Below are positions 24,535 through 35,095 of a stretch of DNA of 57,853 bases, one piece after another. The notes under the pieces are model-generated. The model saw nothing but the letters and a program-made list of their open reading frames with translations, was not told the origin of the DNA and searched no databases. This DNA is from an uncultured Gammaproteobacteria bacterium (GTDB taxonomy: Bacteria > Patescibacteriota > Microgenomatia > Levybacterales > UBA12049). Within the stretch, counting starts at the first letter, position 1. The number at the start of each line of letters is the position of its first letter. Position numbers and translations under genes: made by a program. Where the stretch lies: assembly GCA_964565795.1 (NCBI GenBank), contig CAZMGC010000002.1, forward strand, positions 1-57,853, written 5' to 3'.

Positions 24535-25743
24535 ATGAAAGTTGAACCCAGAACACTAAAAGGATTTAGAGATTTCTTGCCTAAAGAAGCAAGAAAACGC
24601 TCATACGTTTTAAACATCTTAAAAGAGGTGTTTGAGTCCTATGGCTTTGAACCACTTGAAACTCCAGCACTTGAATACGACGACATTTTATCCGGAAAAT
24701 ATGGGGAAGAAGGAGATAAATTAATGTATAAATTCGTGGACAACGGCGATAGAAAAGTTGCCATGCGGTATGACCAAACAGTTCCTCTTGCGAGAGTCAT
24801 AGCTCAGTATCAAAACGACCTCCCTCTTCCATTTAAACGCTATCAGATTCAAAATGTCTATCGCGCAGAAAACACACAAAAAGGTAGATTTAGAGAATTT
24901 CTGCAAGTAGATATTGACACAGTAGGCTCCACTTCCCTTTTAGCTGATGCGGAAATAATTTCTATCGCAATAAAATGTTTTGAAAAATTAGGATTTAAAA
25001 ATTTTAAAGCAGAAATAAATGACAGAAGAATTTTTCAAGAACTTATCAAAAATAAATTGTTTGATGGAAGTTCGCGTATATTAGGTTTACGAGCAATTGA
25101 TAAACTTGGAAAAATTGGTTAAGAAGGCGTATTAGAAGAACTAGGAAAGGCGGGGGTAGATAAAAACCAAAGAAAATTATTATTAAACACCATAAAAAAT
25201 CTTGTACCAGACAAAGATTTTTCAAATATTTTTAACTTTCTAAAAGATCAGGGCATAAATGAAAATAATTTTGAATTTAACCCTACACTTGCACGTGGAC
25301 TCGATTACTATACAAGTGCAATCTTTGAATTAGTTTGTGAAGATTATCCAGCTGGATCACTTGGCGGTGGTGGAAGATATGATAATTTAATTGGAATGTT
25401 TGCGAATCAAACAATACCTGCCGTGGGATTTGCTTTTGGTTTTGACAGAGTCATGGAAGCGATGACAGAACTCGGTCTCTTCCCTACTGATTTAGAAGAA
25501 GCAAAAGTTTTAGTCACGAACACAAATCCCAGCTCACCAAAAATCGCAAATGATTTAAGAGATAGAGGAATCAAAACAGAACTATACATCGATGAAAAAG
25601 ATTTAGATAAACAGCTTAAATATGCTGACAAAAAACAGATACCGTATGTTTTAATAGTAGAAGAAACTCTTACTTTAAAGAATATGAAAACTGGAGAAAA
25701 AAAAGAAATTACCTTAGATCAACTGTCCGATGCAATTAGGTAA
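24535..25743 (+). pseudogene. hisS: histidine--tRNA ligase interrupted by a single in-frame TAA (25120-25122)
   Basis: ORFs 24535-25122 and 25396-25743 are in the same frame, and 25123-25395 is open. The continuous translation is ...AIDKLGKIG*EGVLEELGKAGV...LARGLDYYTSAIFEL...GGGGRYDNLIG...AVGFAFGFDRV. This covers class II motifs 1-3 and the anticodon-binding domain. Confidence 0.9.
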
Positions 25744-26644
25744 AGTCCAACTTTCAATTCTCGCTCTTATAATAGCCAATGTTATTTGGGGCGCATCTTT
25801 CCCCATTTATAAATGGGCTCTTGATGATATCCCCTCACTTACTTTTGTATTTTTAAGATTTTATATCGCAGCACTTATACTCCTTCCTTTTGTTTATAAA
25901 GATTTAAAAATTCAAAGAGAAGACTGGCGGGATTTATTTTTATTATCATTCGTCGGAATTACGGTATCAATTTCATTACTAATTCTGGGTCTGAAACTAT
26001 CTTCAAGTATAAATGCTCCTATCATAATGTCCGCCGGTCCTGTCGTTCTAATAATTGGCTCTCTTTTTTATCTTAAAGAAAAGCTAAAAAGAAAAGTGGT
26101 TTTAGGAACATTAGTCAGCCTTATCGGAGTATTACTAATTGTAATTTTACCTGTTTTTAAAGAAGGACTTGATGGAAGCGTTTTGGGAAACTTATTTTTA
26201 GTCGGAGCTGCGATTACTTCTGTAGTACATGCACTATTACTTAAAAAAATTATGCCAAAATATAAACCACTTGTTGTAGCTTTCTGGCAATTTTTAATTG
26301 GCTCTCTCCCTCTTCTTCCATTCTTTTTTATAGAGTTAAACCAAACATATTGGACCTCGGACATAAATTTGAAAATATTAATGGGGATCTTCTTTGGGTC
26401 AATTCTCGCAACTGCTATCGCTCATTCTATTTATGCATATGGGATTAAATTCATAAAAGCTTCGGAAGTAGGAGTATTCACTTATGTAGACCCAGTCGCG
26501 ACAATCATCGTTGCAGTTCCACTTCTCCACGAAGAAATCACTCCACTTTATGTTGTAGGTGCATTCTTTGTTTTCCTTGGAATATTTGTGGCCGAGGGGC
26601 GCCTACACTATCATCCACTTCATAAACTTAGACGAAGTAATTAA
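25730..26644 (+). CDS. EamA/DMT-family transporter
   Basis: Ten TM helices. ALIIANVIWGASFPIYKWAL is typical of EamA repeats. Confidence 0.8.
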   Translation: MQLGKVQLSILALIIANVIWGASFPIYKWALDDIPSLTFVFLRFYIAALILLPFVYKDLKIQREDWRDLFLLSFVGITVSISLLILGLKLSSSINAPIIMSAGPVVLIIGSLFYLKEKLKRKVVLGTLVSLIGVLLIVILPVFKEGLDGSVLGNLFLVGAAITSVVHALLLKKIMPKYKPLVVAFWQFLIGSLPLLPFFFIELNQTYWTSDINLKILMGIFFGSILATAIAHSIYAYGIKFIKASEVGVFTYVDPVATIIVAVPLLHEEITPLYVVGAFFVFLGIFVAEGRLHYHPLHKLRRSN

Positions 26645-26943
26645 CCTCGTCTTCCATGAGCCCTAGGTGCTGGCGCAGTAGCTTCTTGAGGGACTTGGAG
26701 TACACCTTGAATAACCTCACCACTATGTCCTGCTGCTAATAATAGGAATCTTGCACTTTGATCTGGTGCTACATGAAGACCCGACATTAGTCCTTCCGCA
26801 ACTTGAGGACTAGCGTTTCTATTTCCCTTCAGTAACCTGGAGATTGAACTATGGTCCACACCAGATGCTTCGCCCAATCTTCTTTGGGAAAATCCCTGAG
26901 CCGCCATTCTTAAACCAAGTTCTGATGCAAATTCCTTTGTCAT
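26641..26943 (-). CDS. XRE-family helix-turn-helix protein (100 aa), G+C-richer
   Basis: FSQRRLGEASGVDHSSISRLLKG is an HTH_3-type motif. It has its own leaderless promoter. Confidence 0.75.
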   Translation of the reverse strand: MTKEFASELGLRMAAQGFSQRRLGEASGVDHSSISRLLKGNRNASPQVAEGLMSGLHVAPDQSARFLLLAAGHSGEVIQGVLQVPQEATAPAPRAHGRRG

Positions 26944-26950
26944 AGTGAGG

Positions 26951-26980
26951 ATTATATAATTTTATTTTTTAAGAAGTCAA
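26951..26980 (-). promoter_or_regulatory. consensus sigma70 promoter driving a leaderless start
   Basis: On the minus strand: TTGACT, 18 nt, TATAAT, then 7 nt to ATG 26943. Confidence 0.6.
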
Positions 26981-26991
26981 GACAGGACAAT

Positions 26992-27582
26992 CTAATCGAC
27001 GACCTTTAACTTCGGCCATTTTTTAATCCACTTTTTTTCTTTTACTCTTCTTTGAAAGACCCCTGGATCAAATGCAAATACTTTTTCATAATCTGGTATT
27101 GGCTTAACTAGAAAATTTAGAAGATCCTCAGTTCCATGCGGAGCAAGTAAGATTAGTTTATTGTTTTTCAAACGGACAGCAATACATGTCGCAGTCTCTG
27201 ACCATTCTGATAATGCTTCTTCACTATTTTTATATGGAATTCTTTGGTGATAGTTATGCATTCTTGATTGATTTGTAACTGACCACTTAACTCCTGGAAA
27301 AATTTTACCCAATCTCTCCTGATAACTATCTTCTGACTTCGTACTGTAACTATCTCCCTCTTCTTCTGAAAAATCTTTTTTATCAAAGTAGATAAGATCA
27401 ATATCGGGGACTGGAGTTCTTGCCCTATAACCATGCATGTAATCCCAAACTTTAGAGCGAATAAACCCTCCTCCGATCCACCAGTCAGGCAAATTCAAGG
27501 ACTCTGCGGCTCTTAGAACATTCATCATCCATTTGTCTTCGCGAATCAAATTTAGAATGTCTTCTTCAGTGAGCTTCTTCAT
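26992..27582 (-). CDS. nucleotidyltransferase family protein (DUF925/NTP_transf_6-like)
   Basis: WWIGGGFIRSKVWDYMHG...PDIDLIYFD matches that family as recalled. Confidence 0.65.
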   Translation of the reverse strand: MKKLTEEDILNLIREDKWMMNVLRAAESLNLPDWWIGGGFIRSKVWDYMHGYRARTPVPDIDLIYFDKKDFSEEEGDSYSTKSEDSYQERLGKIFPGVKWSVTNQSRMHNYHQRIPYKNSEEALSEWSETATCIAVRLKNNKLILLAPHGTEDLLNFLVKPIPDYEKVFAFDPGVFQRRVKEKKWIKKWPKLKVVD

Positions 27583-28009
27583 TTAAATAATTTTTCAAAA
27601 TCTCAAATAAACCGTCACCAAATAAAACTGATAATGGCATTTTTTCCATTTCCGAAAAGCTGAACCAGCCTATTTCTGCGCATTTTTCCGGTTCTAAAAT
27701 TTTGGGATTTCCACTTTTTAATCTACAGAGTGCTGGTATCGCAACCCAATGTTTGTCTTCTTCTGGGATTATGTGATTTAAAACTCCAAGAGGACGGATA
27801 AATTCTACTTCTGCGCCAAATTCTTCTTTAAATTCTCTCTCGATTGCAGCTTTAAAAGATTCATGGCGCTCAAGTCCTCCACCCGGACATTCCCATTTTC
27901 CTCTTTCACTTCGAGCCTTCTCTCCCCTTTTCGCTAAGAACAATCGATTATTTTCGTCAAAAATTACAGCTCCAACTCCAACGCCATCGATTTGTTTAAT
28001 ATTTTTCAT
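27566..28009 (-). CDS. Nudix hydrolase
   Basis: The Nudix box is GGGLERHESFKAAIEREFKEEFG. It overlaps the downstream NTase gene by 17 nt. Confidence 0.85.
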   Translation of the reverse strand: MKNIKQIDGVGVGAVIFDENNRLFLAKRGEKARSERGKWECPGGGLERHESFKAAIEREFKEEFGAEVEFIRPLGVLNHIIPEEDKHWVAIPALCRLKSGNPKILEPEKCAEIGWFSFSEMEKMPLSVLFGDGLFEILKNYLNEEAH

Positions 28010-28030
28010 TTAAAAATTATACCACGTGTA

Positions 28031-28059
28031 TTGTTTTTAGGCTCGATTTAGGATATAAT
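28031..28059 (+). promoter_or_regulatory. sigma70-type promoter driving leaderless rpmE
   Basis: TTGTTT, 17 nt, TATAAT (28054-28059), then 7 nt to ATG 28067. Confidence 0.55.
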
Positions 28060-28066
28060 AATCGAT

Positions 28067-28366
28067 ATGAAACAAGCTTTGCACCCACAATATTTTGATC
28101 AAGCACAAGTTATTTGCGTTTGTGGACATAAATGGACAACTGGTTCTACTCAGGAAGTAATTCACGTGGAACTTTGCTCTAATTGTCATCCATTCTATAC
28201 CGGTGAACAAAGATTCGTAGACACAGCTTCTAGAATTCAGAAATTCCAAACTAGAACTGAAACTGCTAAGAAATATCAGGTTGTAAATAAAGAAAAGAAA
28301 GAAGCTCAAAGAAAACAGGCAGAAGCTCCTAAAACTCTCCGCGAAATGCTTGCGCAAATTAGCTAG
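28067..28366 (+). CDS. rpmE: 50S ribosomal protein L31
   Basis: MKQALHPQYF...VICVCGHKW...CSNCHPFYTG is the L31 zinc-ribbon pattern. Confidence 0.9.
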   Translation: MKQALHPQYFDQAQVICVCGHKWTTGSTQEVIHVELCSNCHPFYTGEQRFVDTASRIQKFQTRTETAKKYQVVNKEKKEAQRKQAEAPKTLREMLAQIS

Positions 28367-28375
28367 CTCCAAAAA

Positions 28376-29260
28376 ATGGACGATTACAGAAAAGCCCTAA
28401 TCGATTCTATTGACGCAAAAATTGCTCAAACCTCTGAGCTCTTGTCTGATCCCGACTTTAAAGAAATGGCAGAGGAAGAACTTCTGGCGCTAAACAAACA
28501 AAAAGATCAAATCATGGGAAATTATGAAAATACTAGCGAAGACGAAGATTCACTTGATGATCGAAATGTAATTCTACAAACAAGTGGCGCTGCTGGAGGA
28601 GAAGAAGCTAAGCTTTGGGGAGATGAACTGCTTAGAATGTATACTAGATTTGGTGAACGCGTAGGACTTAAGTTTGAACAAGTAGATGAAGGAGTTTTAA
28701 GAGTTAGCGGGAAATATAATGGCAAAGGTCCTTTTAATATTTTTAAATATGAAGCCGGCGTTCACAGGGTTCAGAGAATCCCTGCAACTGAAAAAAGAGG
28801 AAGGGTACATACATCTACTGCCACAGTTTCTGTTCTCCCAGAGCTAGAGGATATCGATCTTCACATTAATCCTGCTGACATTGTTTTTGAAGCTTATAGA
28901 TCAGGCGGACATGGTGGACAAAACGTTAATAAAGTTAGTACTGCTGTTCGCATCAAACATATTCCAACTGGAATAGTTGTTACCGCTTCCACCGAAAGAT
29001 TTCAGGGTCAAAATAGAGAAATTGCTATGAATCTTTTAAGAAGTAAACTTTGGGAAATTGAAGTTGAAAAACAACACAGTGAAATTAGTTCACTTAAGTC
29101 AACTCAAGTTGGGCGCGGAACAAGAAGTGAAAAAATTAGAACTTTTAATTTTCCTCAAGACAGATTAACAGACCACAGAATAAATAAATCTTGGCACAAT
29201 TTACCAAAAATAATGGATGGAGAAATTGAAGACATTCTTAATGCAGATTACGAAATATAA
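28376..29260 (+). CDS. prfA: peptide chain release factor 1 (short N-terminal domain)
   Basis: The PAT tripeptide ([18 protein letters not shown]), GGQ ([11 protein letters not shown]) and the block [11 protein letters not shown] are present. Its 294 aa is shorter than typical RF1. Confidence 0.88.
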   Translation: MDDYRKALIDSIDAKIAQTSELLSDPDFKEMAEEELLALNKQKDQIMGNYENTSEDEDSLDDRNVILQTSGAAGGEEAKLWGDELLRMYTRFGERVGLKFEQVDEGVLRVSGKYNGKGPFNIFKYEAGVHRVQRIPATEKRGRVHTSTATVSVLPELEDIDLHINPADIVFEAYRSGGHGGQNVNKVSTAVRIKHIPTGIVVTASTERFQGQNREIAMNLLRSKLWEIEVEKQHSEISSLKSTQVGRGTRSEKIRTFNFPQDRLTDHRINKSWHNLPKIMDGEIEDILNADYEI

Positions 29261-30921
29261 ACTTTCTCTTTTTGTTTGTGCTCCTCAATAAGCTTTAGAT
29301 GATCGTCACTTACTAAAATATTTGCTAAATGATTTCCGCCAGCAATATGCGGCATTATTACATAATCAGCTCCAGCTTTATAAAAATCCTTTGCGTCAGA
29401 TTTATCGAATGCTGCCACAATAACTTTAACGTGGTTAAATTTCTTAATGCCCTTTAAAAGAAGTAAATTATCCTCAGGATCAGATGCAGTTGAAATGATT
29501 AAATCTGCTTTTTCTACATTTACAGCTTGTAAAATTTCAGGGTCTGACATGTCACCAAAAAAAGTTTTAATTTTTCGCTTATTTAATTTTTCAATAATGT
29601 CTGGATCAAAATCTACTACTACAAACTTGGAATTCTTTTTAATAAGCGCATTAAGAATTCCCTCTCCCATTCTATTTGCACCAATTAAAATTACGTGATT
29701 TTTTAATTCTTCCAATTCATTTTCGATGTCTGCAGATTTTCGCTCGAATATTCCCAAAAAACGCACTAATAATTTATATAGATAATTACTATTTGTTATG
29801 AAATAAGTAGAAACAACAAAAGTAATTACGCCCACAAAAGTAATAATTGAAAGAGTTTCTTCCGGAACATGACCAATCTTATTTCCCAGATAAAGCATTA
29901 TTAATGAAAATTCAGAGATTTGAGCCAGAGCCACTCCTGACATAAATGAAGTTCTTTTTTTATACTTAAGAAGCCCAAGGATAATCATTACGATAATAGG
30001 ACTTATTAATAAAACGAAAACTGAAAATACAGACACCGAAAGAAGAATTTGAGATATATTATTAAATGCTAAATCCATTCCTAATGTAACGAAAAAGATT
30101 GTTAAGAAAAAATCTCTTAAAGGTTTTATTTTCGTAATAATTTGAAAACTCTCAATTGAAGAAGCCAATGCAATTCCAGCTAAAAGTCCACCAATTTCTA
30201 TAGAAAATCCTATTAGAGGTGAACTTACTAATGCGGCAATTCCAAATACCCATGCCAGACTAAATAAAAAAAGTGATTCAGAGGAACGGGCAATTACATT
30301 TAGAATTTTTGGGATTATATTTCTACTTAAAAATATTACCCAACCAAATAGAACTACCACCTTAAGAATAGCAACTCCGATTTCAAAAAAGTTTATCGAA
30401 GACCCCCCTACTCCGCTAAAAGTAGAAAGTAAAATTAAAATAAAAATGGCTGTCAAATCCTGTACTAACAGGATTCCAAGGGTTATTTTTCCATAAAGGC
30501 TTTTTAAATCTCTTTTATCTGACAATAGCTTTATTATTAAAATGGTTGATGAAAATGCCAGCGCAATTCCAATGTATATTGAGGTGAGAGCTGAAAAACC
30601 AAGCAGCAAACTAATTCCAAAACCTACAACTGAAGTGAATATCATTTGCAAAGATCCTGCAAGAAGTGCATTTTTTCCAACAGTCTTAAGCTCTTTTATG
30701 TTTAGCTCAAGACCAATCATAAATAGAAGAAGTGTGATTCCAATTGAAGCCAAAGACTGCATTAGTTCATGGCTATGGAAATTAAATAAACCCAATGGGC
30801 CGACTAAAATACCAGTAATTATAAAAGCGAGAATTGAAGGCTGTTTTAGGAATCTAAAAATTATAGAAAGAACTGCGGCTAAAAAAATTACAACTGTAAG
30901 TTCAAGAAAAATACTCTCCAC
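29248..30921 (-). CDS. cation:proton antiporter (Kef-type) with C-terminal TrkA-N domain
   Basis: A polytopic CPA2-like N-domain plus [12 protein letters not shown] (Rossmann GxGxxG). Confidence 0.8.
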   Translation of the reverse strand: MESIFLELTVVIFLAAVLSIIFRFLKQPSILAFIITGILVGPLGLFNFHSHELMQSLASIGITLLLFMIGLELNIKELKTVGKNALLAGSLQMIFTSVVGFGISLLLGFSALTSIYIGIALAFSSTILIIKLLSDKRDLKSLYGKITLGILLVQDLTAIFILILLSTFSGVGGSSINFFEIGVAILKVVVLFGWVIFLSRNIIPKILNVIARSSESLFLFSLAWVFGIAALVSSPLIGFSIEIGGLLAGIALASSIESFQIITKIKPLRDFFLTIFFVTLGMDLAFNNISQILLSVSVFSVFVLLISPIIVMIILGLLKYKKRTSFMSGVALAQISEFSLIMLYLGNKIGHVPEETLSIITFVGVITFVVSTYFITNSNYLYKLLVRFLGIFERKSADIENELEELKNHVILIGANRMGEGILNALIKKNSKFVVVDFDPDIIEKLNKRKIKTFFGDMSDPEILQAVNVEKADLIISTASDPEDNLLLLKGIKKFNHVKVIVAAFDKSDAKDFYKAGADYVIMPHIAGGNHLANILVSDDHLKLIEEHKQKEKVYIS

Positions 30922-30953
30922 TAATCTAGTTTATCTTGCCTTACATAACTTTT

Positions 30954-31901
30954 TCAAGCATTGATAGCTGGAACGATCATAATTTCTTCCTCGAGAATAA
31001 TTCCATATTTATCTTTTACTTCTTTTTTTGCGAGCTCTATTAGAGAAACTACATCTTTTGCTTTTGCATTTTTAAAATTAACAATAAAATTTGGATGCTT
31101 TTCAGAAAACTTAGCTCCGCCAATCTCTTTCCCCTTAAAATTAAGCGCCACTAAAAGCTTAGCAACTGGAATTACAGGAAATGGATCTGGTTTAATACTA
31201 TCTTTAAATTCCTCTAATACTTTCCTTGAGACTACTTCAACATCTAAATTCTTAAAAGTACTACCGATACTAGGAAGATCTAGTGGATGTCTATCAATTC
31301 TGTAGTCAATCTTTTCCTGAGTTTTTTCTTTTATTTCTTCTTTATTGCCTTTTTTTAGTTTATATTTAACAGATAAAATTATTTCATTTTTACCATCTCC
31401 ACTTTTAAATACACTTTGTCTGTAACCAAAACTACACTCTTTATGATTTCTCTTTTTTATTTTCAACGTATCAATATCTATGCTTACGACCTCAACTAGA
31501 TTATCTTCCATTTCCCCAAGAAATGCGCCTGCATTACCCCTTATCCCACCTCCGACAGTTCCCGGAAGTCCTCCAGCCCATTCAAGACCAGTCAATGAAT
31601 TTTGCTCACAAAAGGCTACGAATGAATCCACTAAGGTTCCTGAACCTACAGAAATAAAATCCCCTTCCCTTTTAATAAAATTAATAGAATCCTTTATAAC
31701 TAAACCATCAAATCCTTCATCGCTAAAAAGAATATTTGTTCCACCACCTAAAATAAAAATTGGTAAATCCTTTTTTAATTGCCGCCACTCTATTAGACCT
31801 TTTTTCAAATCATCTTCAGATTTAAATTCTAAAAAATAAGAAGCTGGGCCACCAATTTTAAAATTACTATATTTTTTAAGAGGAATATTAGTTTGAATCA
31901 T
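30954..31901 (-). CDS. murB: UDP-N-acetylenolpyruvoylglucosamine reductase
   Basis: KIGGPASYF, LGGGTNILF and GGLPGTVGGGIRGNAGAF are present. Confidence 0.9.
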   Translation of the reverse strand: MIQTNIPLKKYSNFKIGGPASYFLEFKSEDDLKKGLIEWRQLKKDLPIFILGGGTNILFSDEGFDGLVIKDSINFIKREGDFISVGSGTLVDSFVAFCEQNSLTGLEWAGGLPGTVGGGIRGNAGAFLGEMEDNLVEVVSIDIDTLKIKKRNHKECSFGYRQSVFKSGDGKNEIILSVKYKLKKGNKEEIKEKTQEKIDYRIDRHPLDLPSIGSTFKNLDVEVVSRKVLEEFKDSIKPDPFPVIPVAKLLVALNFKGKEIGGAKFSEKHPNFIVNFKNAKAKDVVSLIELAKKEVKDKYGIILEEEIMIVPAINA

Positions 31902-33040
31902 TATTGATTGGGAGTTAATTCAAGTGTAGCGCTAACAGTCCTCGTTTGTCCACTTTTCCAGATCTCAATATTTATAATATCTCCTACTTTTTTCGAAGAA
32001 ATAACATTTGACACCTGATAATCATTATTTATATTTTTACCATCAATTTTTGTAATTATATCCCCTTCTGTAATTTCTGCTTTTTCTGCAGGAGAATTTG
32101 GCACAACAGTTTGAATAAATGCTCCTTCTACGACTTCGTTTTCCTTTGCCAATTCTTTATCAATTATTCTATATGAAACACCCAAGAAAGCTCTGTTAAA
32201 TTGGCCAGTCTTATTAAAGTTATCAATAGAAGCTTTAATAGTATCAATTGGAAGAGCGAATCCTATATTTTGCCCACCACTTGCTACCGCAGTATTTACT
32301 CCTATTACTTGAGAAGAAGAATTAAGAAGTGGTCCTCCAGAATTTCCAGGATTTATTGCGGCGTCAGTCTGAATTACATTGTCTAATTCTTCTGCATCAA
32401 AATAATCTCCTGCTGTTATTCCCCGCCCGAGTCCTGAAATTACACCAGTTGTTACTGTATTAGGAAATTCTCCTAATGCAGTTCCTATTGCTATAACGAA
32501 TTGACCTACTTTAAGATTTGATGAGCTACCTAAATCTACTGGTTTCAAAGCTTGTCCTGGATTTTTTGAAGGATCAATTTTCAATATTGAAATATCATTT
32601 ACTGGGTCTCTGTAAATTTGAAGGACTTCATATCTTTTATTATTATTTGTTACAACTTCATATCTTGCCGAAGTATCCGATACAACATGCTTGTTAGTGA
32701 CAATCAAACCCTCTTTACTAACTATAAAACCAGAACCTATACTCTGCGGCTCCGGATCTGTTGACTCAACTGGCACATCAAAGCCAAAAATTGAAAATGG
32801 ACTTAAATCATAGGTACTGGTTTGAGGAGGAAGATCCCTAGAAATCGTAACTACAGATGGACCCACTTTATTTACCGTGTCTATTACTACTGATTCTTCA
32901 CTTTGAATCCTAACTCTGTCTTCCTCAACCTTTTTTTCATCACTATCTGGGGAAACATTCAGATTAAATTTATCTCCAATATATGAAAAGCCAATAAGGA
33001 ATGTTATCAAAACTAAGACGAGGGCAACCAGTCTTCTCAT
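31901..33040 (-). CDS. HtrA/DegP-family serine protease with PDZ domain
   Basis: The catalytic GNSGGPL is present, along with an N-terminal anchor and a C-terminal PDZ-like segment. Confidence 0.88.
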   Translation of the reverse strand: MRRLVALVLVLITFLIGFSYIGDKFNLNVSPDSDEKKVEEDRVRIQSEESVVIDTVNKVGPSVVTISRDLPPQTSTYDLSPFSIFGFDVPVESTDPEPQSIGSGFIVSKEGLIVTNKHVVSDTSARYEVVTNNNKRYEVLQIYRDPVNDISILKIDPSKNPGQALKPVDLGSSSNLKVGQFVIAIGTALGEFPNTVTTGVISGLGRGITAGDYFDAEELDNVIQTDAAINPGNSGGPLLNSSSQVIGVNTAVASGGQNIGFALPIDTIKASIDNFNKTGQFNRAFLGVSYRIIDKELAKENEVVEGAFIQTVVPNSPAEKAEITEGDIITKIDGKNINNDYQVSNVISSKKVGDIINIEIWKSGQTRTVSATLELTPNQ

Positions 33041-33047
33041 AGGAAAG

Positions 33048-34304
33048 TTATTTTAGCAGCTCTAATACAGCTTTTTCAAGCTGAGTGTCTCTCTCAGGAC
33101 TCTTTGGATCAAGCTTAACTTCTACGTCAGGTTTTAACCCCTCTCCATTCACCCATGTTCCATTTGGAGTTAACCATTTTGCAATTGTAACGTGAATTCC
33201 TGCTCCCTCGCCCAAATCTTCTGCCTGCTGAATTGTTCCTTTTCCAAACGAAGTTTCTCCAACTAATGTTGCTCTCTGATTATCCCTAAGCGCACCAGCA
33301 ACTATTTCTGATGCTGAAGCAGATCCTTTATTTATTAGAACTATAACTGGGACATCAGTTAAGAATCCTTTTCTATTTGCCTTAAGCACATTTTTCCCAG
33401 ACGCATCTTCTTCGCTAACCACATCTGATCCCTCTTCTACGAATTCTGATGCAATAAATACTGCATCTGTTAAATATCCTCCTGGATTATTTCTCAAGTC
33501 TAAAATTATTCCTTCAATTTCAGTGTTATTTAATTTAAGGTTCATGTCATTAATTGCAGCTAACCATTCGGAATTTGTATTGTCTCCAAATTGTGAAAGA
33601 CTTACATAAGCGATATTTACATTGTCATATTTTTTATCAAGCTCAATTGAATCAATCTCTTTACCTTTTTTAATCCATGTCTGGACACTTTTTACAGTTA
33701 TAACATCTCTAATTATTTTTACATCGCGGGTTTTTTCCTCATCCTTGTGAAGAAGTGTTAGTTCAACTGTCGTTCCTTTTTCTCCTCTAATTTTTTCAAC
33801 AGCTTGAGAAAGAGTCATAGAAGCTGTTGATTGCTTGTTAACTGCTACGATAAAATCCCCTGCTCTAACTCCTGCTTTTTGCGCTGGACTTCCATTAATT
33901 GGCGCAACAACTATAATTTTCTGATCTTTCATTCCAAGCTCAGCACCAATTCCCTGAAATTGACCTGCCAAACCCTGTTTGAAATTTTCGTTTTGAACTG
34001 GAGGAAGATATACGGTAAATGGATCGTCCAGTGACTGAACCATTCCGGAAATCGCACCATTCAACATTTTTTGAGGATCTAATTTAGTCTTGTCATAGTA
34101 ATCTTTTTCAAGCTTTTGCCAAACAGTCCAGAACTGTTCGAAATTTACATTTGTTATCTGAGGTGGGGGCTCTTTACTAGCGACACTTATTTGAGGCTTG
34201 AAACCTTTCCAATCGAAGTTAATCTTATTTACCCCAAAGTAATACCCCACTAAGAGTGAGATTAATATCACAAGAACTAATTGGATTCTTGGGGTCTTAT
34301 GCAT
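33048..34304 (-). CDS. S41 carboxy-terminal processing protease
   Basis: PDZ, then LDLRNNPGG and INKGSASASEI (Ser nucleophile block). Confidence 0.88.
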   Translation of the reverse strand: MHKTPRIQLVLVILISLLVGYYFGVNKINFDWKGFKPQISVASKEPPPQITNVNFEQFWTVWQKLEKDYYDKTKLDPQKMLNGAISGMVQSLDDPFTVYLPPVQNENFKQGLAGQFQGIGAELGMKDQKIIVVAPINGSPAQKAGVRAGDFIVAVNKQSTASMTLSQAVEKIRGEKGTTVELTLLHKDEEKTRDVKIIRDVITVKSVQTWIKKGKEIDSIELDKKYDNVNIAYVSLSQFGDNTNSEWLAAINDMNLKLNNTEIEGIILDLRNNPGGYLTDAVFIASEFVEEGSDVVSEEDASGKNVLKANRKGFLTDVPVIVLINKGSASASEIVAGALRDNQRATLVGETSFGKGTIQQAEDLGEGAGIHVTIAKWLTPNGTWVNGEGLKPDVEVKLDPKSPERDTQLEKAVLELLK

Positions 34305-34325
34305 CTAGATAGAATACCTTAAAAC

Positions 34326-34571
34326 CTATCCTCTTGCAATAAACGGCAGTAGGGCTAGGTGTCTTGCGTACTTTATGTTTTTTGTGATTTCATTCTGATG
34401 TCTTGCACAAAGTCCATCCCTACTTCTAGGAACAATCTTTCCTCTTTCTGTCAAGAATTTTTGAAGAACTGAAACTTCTTCAAAAGAAGGAGTTTTCTTT
34501 TCCTCACAGAAAAAACATTTTTTTGGTACTCCTTTTAATATTCTTTTTCTTGGTCTCCTGTCTTTTCCCAT
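34326..34571 (-). CDS. rpsR: 30S ribosomal protein S18
   Basis: CFFCEEKK...LQKFLTERGKIVPRSRDGLCARHQ...IKYARHLALLPF. Confidence 0.92.
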   Translation of the reverse strand: MGKDRRPRKRILKGVPKKCFFCEEKKTPSFEEVSVLQKFLTERGKIVPRSRDGLCARHQNEITKNIKYARHLALLPFIARG

Positions 34572-34578
34572 ATATTAT

Positions 34579-35094
34579 TTAGAAAGGTATGTCATCTGGC
34601 GCAACTTCTTCTGTATCATTTGAAGAACTTTCTCCAGATGGAGCTACCTCTATTTCCTCCTTTTCTTCTTTACCCTCTTCAACGGGTTTTTTTGATTTCT
34701 TTTTTGCCTCTCTTGGCGCTTCTTCTACTTCCTCTTCTTTATCCCCTGACGTTGGTCGCCCCATCGAATCAAGAAGTATCATATCAGAAATAATAATTTC
34801 TGTAGTAGACTTCTGTGTTCCATCCTGAGCATTCCAAGTTCTCGTTGCCAATCTTCCTTCTACAAAGACTTTTTTTCCTTTTGTTAAAAATTGACTACAA
34901 AGTTCTGCCAATTTATTCCAAGCAACAATCCTGTGAAATTCTGCTTCATCTCTCTTCTCTCCCGTATCAGTTGTCCAACTTCTGTTAGTTGCTAATCCAA
35001 ATGAACAAACTGCTGTTCCCTGTGGCGTATATCTTAATTCTGGATCCCGGGTAAGATTTCCAATGAGCTGAACTCTATTTAATGATCGTGCCAT
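34579..35094 (-). CDS. ssb: single-stranded DNA-binding protein
   Basis: OB fold beginning MARSLNRVQLIGNLTRDPELRYTPQG, with the acidic tail ending DDIPF. Confidence 0.93.
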   Translation of the reverse strand: MARSLNRVQLIGNLTRDPELRYTPQGTAVCSFGLATNRSWTTDTGEKRDEAEFHRIVAWNKLAELCSQFLTKGKKVFVEGRLATRTWNAQDGTQKSTTEIIISDMILLDSMGRPTSGDKEEEVEEAPREAKKKSKKPVEEGKEEKEEIEVAPSGESSSNDTEEVAPDDIPF

Positions 35095-35095
35095 A

